The translations under genes and the position numbers were made by a program. Of a stretch of 32,000 bases of DNA, positions 25,876 to 32,000 are shown piece by piece. The stretch's first letter is position 1. The number at the start of each line of letters is the position of its first letter. The DNA comes from Rhodobacter capsulatus SB 1003 (GTDB taxonomy: Bacteria > Pseudomonadota > Alphaproteobacteria > Rhodobacterales > Rhodobacteraceae), in NCBI RefSeq assembly GCF_000021865.1, contig NC_014034.1, forward strand, positions 3,420,001 to 3,452,000, in the 5' to 3' direction. The notes beneath the pieces were generated by a model. It saw nothing but the letters and a program-made list of their open reading frames with translations, was not told the origin of the DNA and searched no databases.

Positions 25876-26988
25876 TTACGCCTTCGCCTCCTGCCCCGGC
25901 GCCAGCGCATTGCCGCGCCATTCGAACCCGCGTGACCGCCAGGTGGCGACCCAGAGCGGGGCGAGCAGAAGATCGCGCAGCACCATCGCGACAATGTCGA
26001 TCCGCCGCGCGGGCCAGCCCGCGACGCGGTTCATCGCCACCTCGACCCCATACCAGAGCGCAAGGAAAGGCAGCGCCAGCGCCGCCGTGCCCCAGCCCAG
26101 CGCCGGGATCAGCGCGAAAAGCGGCACGAAAGGCCCGAGCAGGATTTCCGCGGCAAAAAGCGCCGGAAAGCCGTCGCGGCGCACCCGCGCCCAGCGCAGC
26201 TGCCGCTTCCAGACCGGGCCGAAGCTGCGCCTGCCGATCGGCTGGGTAAAGGCCTGCCGCGTCAGCCGCACCTTCAGCCCCTGTGCCCGCACCGCCTTGG
26301 TCGAGGCGACATCCTCGGCCAGATCACGGCCCAAAGCCACCAGACCGCCCGCGGCTTCAAGAACGTCGCGCCGCCAGGCCAGCGTCTTGCCCTGCGCGAA
26401 GCCATTGCCCAGACTGTCCGAGGCCAGCTGCCAGCGGTCCTGAAACCCGTCCAGAAACGCGCATTCCAGCGCCGCCCAGATCCCCTCGGCGCGGATGCCG
26501 ACGGGGGGCGAGGTGACCAGCCCGGTATCGGGGCGGAAGGTGGCCAGGATCTGCTCGATATAGTCGCGCGGCAACAGCAGGTTCGAATCCGCCATCGCGA
26601 CGATCTCGCCCCGCGACGCGATCCAGCCCTTTTGCAGGTTGTTCAGCTTCGGATTGCCGGTGATCCGATCCTCGCCAATGAGCAGCTGCGCCCGCGCCTG
26701 CGGATAGTCCGCGATCAGCGCGCGCAAAAGCGGCACCGCCGGATCCTCCTCGACCGCGGCGCAGAAGATGATTTCGAGGTTCGGATAGCTCAGTTCAAAG
26801 GACGAACGCAGCGTTTCCGCATCATGGGTGTCCAGCCCGCAGACCGGGCGCAAAAGCGTCACCAGCGGCGGCTTGGCGGGCAGAGCCACCGGCGCGGGGC
26901 CGCGATAGCGCCAGGCCGTCAGCGCGGCCGAAGAGACATGCAGGGCAGCGGCCAGACCGGCAAACCCGGCAAGCGTTTCGGCGATCAT
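25876..26988 (-). CDS. Family 21 glycosyltransferase (ceramide glucosyltransferase-like; bacterial Pgt-type processive diacylglycerol glycosyltransferase candidate)
   Basis: The ATG at 26988 overlaps the stop of the upstream phosphoesterase gene (ATGA). 370 aa, with an N-terminal TM helix, VTLLRPVCGLD, IVAMADSNLLL (D-x-D region) and a QLRWARV (Q/RxxRW) motif. Further TM helices lie at the C-terminus. Confidence 0.78.
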   Translation of the reverse strand: MIAETLAGFAGLAAALHVSSAALTAWRYRGPAPVALPAKPPLVTLLRPVCGLDTHDAETLRSSFELSYPNLEIIFCAAVEEDPAVPLLRALIADYPQARAQLLIGEDRITGNPKLNNLQKGWIASRGEIVAMADSNLLLPRDYIEQILATFRPDTGLVTSPPVGIRAEGIWAALECAFLDGFQDRWQLASDSLGNGFAQGKTLAWRRDVLEAAGGLVALGRDLAEDVASTKAVRAQGLKVRLTRQAFTQPIGRRSFGPVWKRQLRWARVRRDGFPALFAAEILLGPFVPLFALIPALGWGTAALALPFLALWYGVEVAMNRVAGWPARRIDIVAMVLRDLLLAPLWVATWRSRGFEWRGNALAPGQEAKA

Positions 26989-27788
26989 GCGTCCACCTCT
27001 TCCATCAGACCCTGGCGGGCCGGGGCGGTCTCTGCCTCGGGGCGCCATTCCACAAGTTGGAGCGCGCCCTCGAAGGTTTCAACCAGCGCGGTCCGGCTGT
27101 CGACCCAATCGCCGCAATTGGCATAGGTGATCGGGCCGCTCTGCCGCAGTGCCGCCTTGTGGAAGTGACCGCAAATCACCCCTTCGTGCCCGGTCGCGAC
27201 CGCCATCGCGGCCAGACGCTTCTCGAAGCCGTTGCCGACCATCATCAGCGCATTGACGCCGCAGATCGCCCATTCGAAAATCCCGCGTTTCGCCCGCGGC
27301 CGCAGCCCGCGCAAGGCGTGATCGACCGCCCGCAGCGCCGCATCCAGCCGCGAGCCGATCCGGGTCATCACATGAAAGCGAAAGATCCGCGCATCGACTT
27401 GATCGCCGTGCAGCACCAGATAGCGGGTGCCGTCGGCGGCGACATGGGTCAGGCTGTCGGCCAGCTCGAAGCGGTCAAAGCGGCCGGTGGCGATCTCGCG
27501 CAGCGGCGCATCGTGGTTGCCGGGCAGATAGACGACGCGGGTGCCGGTGCCCGCGCGGGCGCCAAGCTCGGTCCAGATCGCATCCTGCAGCCCGCCCCAA
27601 TGCACCCGGCCGGGGTGCCAGACATCGAGGATATCGCCGACAAGATAGATCGTCTCGGCCTCGACGCTGCTCAGGAAATCGAGGATCTCGGCGGCACGGC
27701 AGCCCCGCGCCCCCAGATGCAGATCGGACAGGAAGAGGCTGCGGTAACGACGGCGCAGACGGGTAGCGGAAGCGTCGAACATGATCAT
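26985..27788 (-). CDS. LpxH-like calcineurin-type metallophosphoesterase (PlcP-type phospholipase C candidate)
   Basis: Motifs are LFLSDLHLG (DxH), YLVGDILD (GDxxD), YLPGNHD (GNHD), LVLHGD and CGHFH. About 267 aa. The start is ATG 27788 or 27782. Confidence 0.78.
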   Translation of the reverse strand: MIMFDASATRLRRRYRSLFLSDLHLGARGCRAAEILDFLSSVEAETIYLVGDILDVWHPGRVHWGGLQDAIWTELGARAGTGTRVVYLPGNHDAPLREIATGRFDRFELADSLTHVAADGTRYLVLHGDQVDARIFRFHVMTRIGSRLDAALRAVDHALRGLRPRAKRGIFEWAICGVNALMMVGNGFEKRLAAMAVATGHEGVICGHFHKAALRQSGPITYANCGDWVDSRTALVETFEGALQLVEWRPEAETAPARQGLMEEVDA

Positions 27789-27794
27789 TCCCCG

Positions 27795-27816
27795 TTGTCG
27801 ATGCGTTGTCACTATC
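27795..27816. promoter_or_regulatory. Pho-box-like tandem 11-bp repeat TTGTCGATGCG / TTGTCACTATC
   Basis: Two TTGTC(G/A) heptad-type repeats with 11-bp phasing resemble the PhoB box CTGTCAT-N4-CTGTCAT. The position is atypical: it ends only 7 nt from the annotated ATG, in opposite orientation. Confidence 0.3.
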
Positions 27817-27911
27817 AACAACCGGGAACGACGCTTCCGTTGCAGCTTCACGAAGATTTCATGACGCGGCGCCGCAATGCAGCGACAGGCTGTCGCAGCG
27901 GCGGGAAAAGC

Positions 27912-27945
27912 GCATGAAAAGGCCCGAAGCGCGGCGGCTTCGGGC
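27912..27945 (-). terminator. Rho-independent terminator after bioY
   Basis: The minus strand reads GCCCGAAGC-CGCCGC-GCTTCGGGC followed by CTTTTCATGCGCTTTTCC. The hairpin starts about 20 nt after the bioY stop. Confidence 0.58.
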
Positions 27946-27966
27946 GATTTCCGAGCTTGGACGGCC

Positions 27967-29862
<1,896 letters not shown>

Positions 29863-30016
29863 CGCCTCCGGCTGCTGCCTTGCCCGCTTGGCTGCGCAAG
29901 GTCAACCGCGAAGCGGTGGCGATTGCGCGGCGGGGGTGATAAGGCTGGCCGTGGTGGGCGGAATCATGTCGCCGATCCTGACCCATCGCCTCGCAAGGCC
30001 CAAGACCGAAGGCTCG

Positions 30017-31711
30017 ATGACCGAAACCTGTCTTTCCCCCGCTGACGCCAAGGCCGAACTGGCCCGCCTGACCGCCCCGGTATCGAAGCAGCTGCGTTCG
30101 GCCGGGATGCTGGCCTCGCTTTCCGAAGTGCTCTGGGCGGCGCAGGCGGCGCTGGTCGCGCTGGCCTTGGGCGGGCTTGTCGCCCCGCCCGCCAGCCTGA
30201 GCGTGCCGCAGGCGGCGCTGGGCTTCGTCTTCGTGATGCTGCTGCGCGCCGGGCTGGATGCGGCGGCGCAGGCCCGCGCCAACCGCGCCGCGACGACGCT
30301 GGTGGCGGCCGAACGCGCCCGGCTGCTGACCGAGGCGGCACGGCTGGATGCCCGGGCGACCGGCCTTGCCCCGGCGCAGCTGGCCAGCCTTGCGGGCGAG
30401 AAACTGGCGCTGCTTGGCCCCTATGTCTCGCGCTTCACCCCGGCGATGACGCGCTCGCGCATCGTGCCGATCGTGTTTCTGGCGCTGGTGGCGCCGCTCT
30501 CCTGGGTCGTGGCGGTGATCTTCCTGATCGCCGGGCCGCTGATCCCGGTCTTCATGGCGCTGATCGGCATGGCGGCGCAGCAGGCCTCCGAGCGGCAGAT
30601 GGCGCATCTGGGCACGCTGAACGGCACCTTGGCCGATCGCATCGCCGCCAGCGCCGATCTGCGGCTGCTGGGCGCCGAGGACCGGGCGGGGCGCGAATTG
30701 TCGATCGTGTTCCATATCCTGCGGGCGCGGACGATGAAGGTTCTGACGGTGGCCTTCCTGTCCTCGACCGTGCTCGAGCTTTTTTCCGCGCTCGGTGTCG
30801 CGCTGGTCGCGGTTTACGTCGGCTTCAACCTGCTGGGCGAAATCACCTGGGGCTCCTGGGGCACGCCGCTGCATCCGGCGGGGGGGATCTTCCTTCTGAT
30901 GCTGGCGCCGAACATGTTCCAGCCGATGCGCGATCTGGCCGCGGCCTGGCATGACCGGGCCTCGGCCTTTGCCGTCGCGGGCGAGCTCAAGGCCGCCAAG
31001 GCGATGCTGTCCGAAGAAGGCCAGATCATGGGCACGGGCGCCGCGGCCAGGGCGCTGCCGCCTGCGGTTCTGTCCTGGGCCGGGCTCGCGCTGCGGCCGG
31101 GCCCCGGGGCGGCGCCGATCGCCCTGCCCGACGGGCAGGTGGCGCCCGGAGAGGCCGTGGCGATTTCCGGCCCCTCGGGGGCGGGGAAATCGACGCTGAT
31201 CGCGGCGCTGGCCGGGCTGATCCGGCCCGATGCGGGCGAAATCCGCTGGGGCGAGACCGTGCTGGCCGAGGACAGCGCCGATGCGATCCGGGCGGGGATG
31301 GGCTGGCTGCCGCAAGCGCCGCAATTCATCGCCGCGCCGCTCTCCGAGGCGATCACCTTGGGCCGTCCGGGCGATCTTTCGGCGGCGCTCAAGGCCGCCC
31401 ATGCCGAGGAAATCATCGCCGCCCTGCCCGAGGGTCTGGCGACGCCCTTGGGCGATATCGGCGGCGGGGTTTCGGGCGGCGAGGCGCGGCGGCTGATGCT
31501 GGCCCGCGCCCATCACGCCCAGGCGCATCTGATCCTGGCCGACGAGCCCACGGCCGATCTGGATTCCGAAACCGCGCAGGCGGTTCTGGCCGGGCTGATG
31601 GCGCTGCGCGCGGGCGGTGCGGCGCTTTTGATTGCCAGCCATGACCCCGCGGTGATCGCCGCGATGGATCGGGTCATCACCCTGGGTCACGATGCGGAGG
31701 ACCGGACATGA
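30017..31711 (+). CDS. cydD: Thiol-reductant (cysteine/glutathione) ABC exporter subunit CydD
   Basis: The ATG at 30017 (alternative 29966) gives a 564-aa TMD+NBD half-transporter. Walker A GPSGAGKST, signature VSGGEARRL, Walker B LILADEPT. It is followed by cydC with an ATGA overlap. The track ORF start at 29633 is antisense to bioM and is rejected. Confidence 0.85.
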   Translation: MTETCLSPADAKAELARLTAPVSKQLRSAGMLASLSEVLWAAQAALVALALGGLVAPPASLSVPQAALGFVFVMLLRAGLDAAAQARANRAATTLVAAERARLLTEAARLDARATGLAPAQLASLAGEKLALLGPYVSRFTPAMTRSRIVPIVFLALVAPLSWVVAVIFLIAGPLIPVFMALIGMAAQQASERQMAHLGTLNGTLADRIAASADLRLLGAEDRAGRELSIVFHILRARTMKVLTVAFLSSTVLELFSALGVALVAVYVGFNLLGEITWGSWGTPLHPAGGIFLLMLAPNMFQPMRDLAAAWHDRASAFAVAGELKAAKAMLSEEGQIMGTGAAARALPPAVLSWAGLALRPGPGAAPIALPDGQVAPGEAVAISGPSGAGKSTLIAALAGLIRPDAGEIRWGETVLAEDSADAIRAGMGWLPQAPQFIAAPLSEAITLGRPGDLSAALKAAHAEEIIAALPEGLATPLGDIGGGVSGGEARRLMLARAHHAQAHLILADEPTADLDSETAQAVLAGLMALRAGGAALLIASHDPAVIAAMDRVITLGHDAEDRT

Positions 31712-32000
31712 TCGCGCTTTTCCGTCTGGCACGTCGTCTGTCCGAAGCCGAACGTCAGGCCTTTCTGCGCGGCCTTGCGCTGATGGTGACGGTTCTGGTC
31801 ATGGGGGTCGCGCTGCTCGGCCTCTCGGGCTGGTTCGTCACCGCCGCCGCCGCCGCGGGCATCGCCGGGGTGATCGGCTTCGATTTCTTCCGCCCCTCGG
31901 CCGGGGTGCGGTTTCTGGCGCTGGGGCGGGCGATGGCGCGCTATGGCGAACGCCTTCTGACCCATGACGCCACTTTGCGCGCACTGGCGGGCATGCGCAG
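31708..32000 (+). CDS. cydC: Thiol-reductant ABC exporter subunit CydC, N-terminal fragment; the gene runs off the window
   Basis: Absent from the ORF track because it has no stop in the window. It translates to MIALFRLARRLSEAERQAFLRGLALMVTVLVMGVALLGLSGWFVTAAAAAGIAGVIGFDFFRPSAGVRFLALGRAMARYGERLLTHDATLRALAGMR. The LSGWF, AGVR and RY.ERL..HDAT.R.L motifs match the CydC N-terminus. Confidence 0.82.
   Translation, partial: MIALFRLARRLSEAERQAFLRGLALMVTVLVMGVALLGLSGWFVTAAAAAGIAGVIGFDFFRPSAGVRFLALGRAMARYGERLLTHDATLRALAGMR

Noticed and set aside
26580-26590. GGTTCGAATCC, the canonical tRNA T-loop sequence.
   Set aside because: It lies inside the GT21 coding region. The flanking bases do not form a T-stem (GCAGG versus CCGCC), and there is no acceptor stem or anticodon arm. 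I found no tRNA in the window.
29930-29945. A possible BioR or other biotin operator near GGTGATAAGGCT upstream of bioM.
   Set aside because: Only a half-site-like TGATAA is present, with no palindromic partner. It does not match TTATMKATAA.

Overview
This is a high-GC alphaproteobacterial chromosome segment. Gene content and order look Rhodobacter-like: a bioMNY ECF biotin transporter, a divergent ecm/ccr ethylmalonyl-CoA pathway pair, and cydDC. This taxon call is inference from gene content only.

I can support 33 protein-coding genes, two of them truncated by the window edges, packed tightly with many ATGA/GTGA/TGATG start-stop overlaps. In window order they are:
- ycjF/ycjX-like pair and truA
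- a compact glycan-priming module (PglF/CapD-like dehydratase, PglC-like phosphoglycosyl transferase, SDR reductase/epimerase) with a divergent Wza-like exporter
- class IV aminotransferase, Usp, Nfu, tsaB and rimI
- a BMP-family nucleoside ABC importer plus purine nucleoside phosphorylase
- a TauE/TIGR02186-like membrane pair
- a RecD-like SF1 helicase followed by a stand-alone RAM-domain gene
- ecm, a small secreted Cys-pair protein, and ccr
- a ROK regulator
- a tightly coupled LpxH-like metallophosphoesterase/GT21/GT2 operon
- bioMNY and cydDC

I saw no rRNA, tRNA, CRISPR array, transposase, integrase, phage gene, or recognisable defence or toxin-antitoxin module. The many long antisense ORFs in the track are high-GC artefacts.

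Most of the window is core housekeeping, and I did not find an unambiguous wholly novel system. The best second-look candidates are:
1. The PlcP-like/GT21/GT2 operon, a predicted phosphate-starvation glycolipid remodelling module, with TGTC-type repeats upstream.
2. A 12-nt motif shared by the ecm and ccr upstream regions, plus an uncharacterised secreted protein wedged between those two genes.
3. A 55-bp AT-rich near-perfect hairpin element between ecm and the helicase.
4. The helicase/RAM-domain pair.
5. The TauE/TIGR02186-like pair.

All family assignments come from motif recognition by eye; no database search was run.
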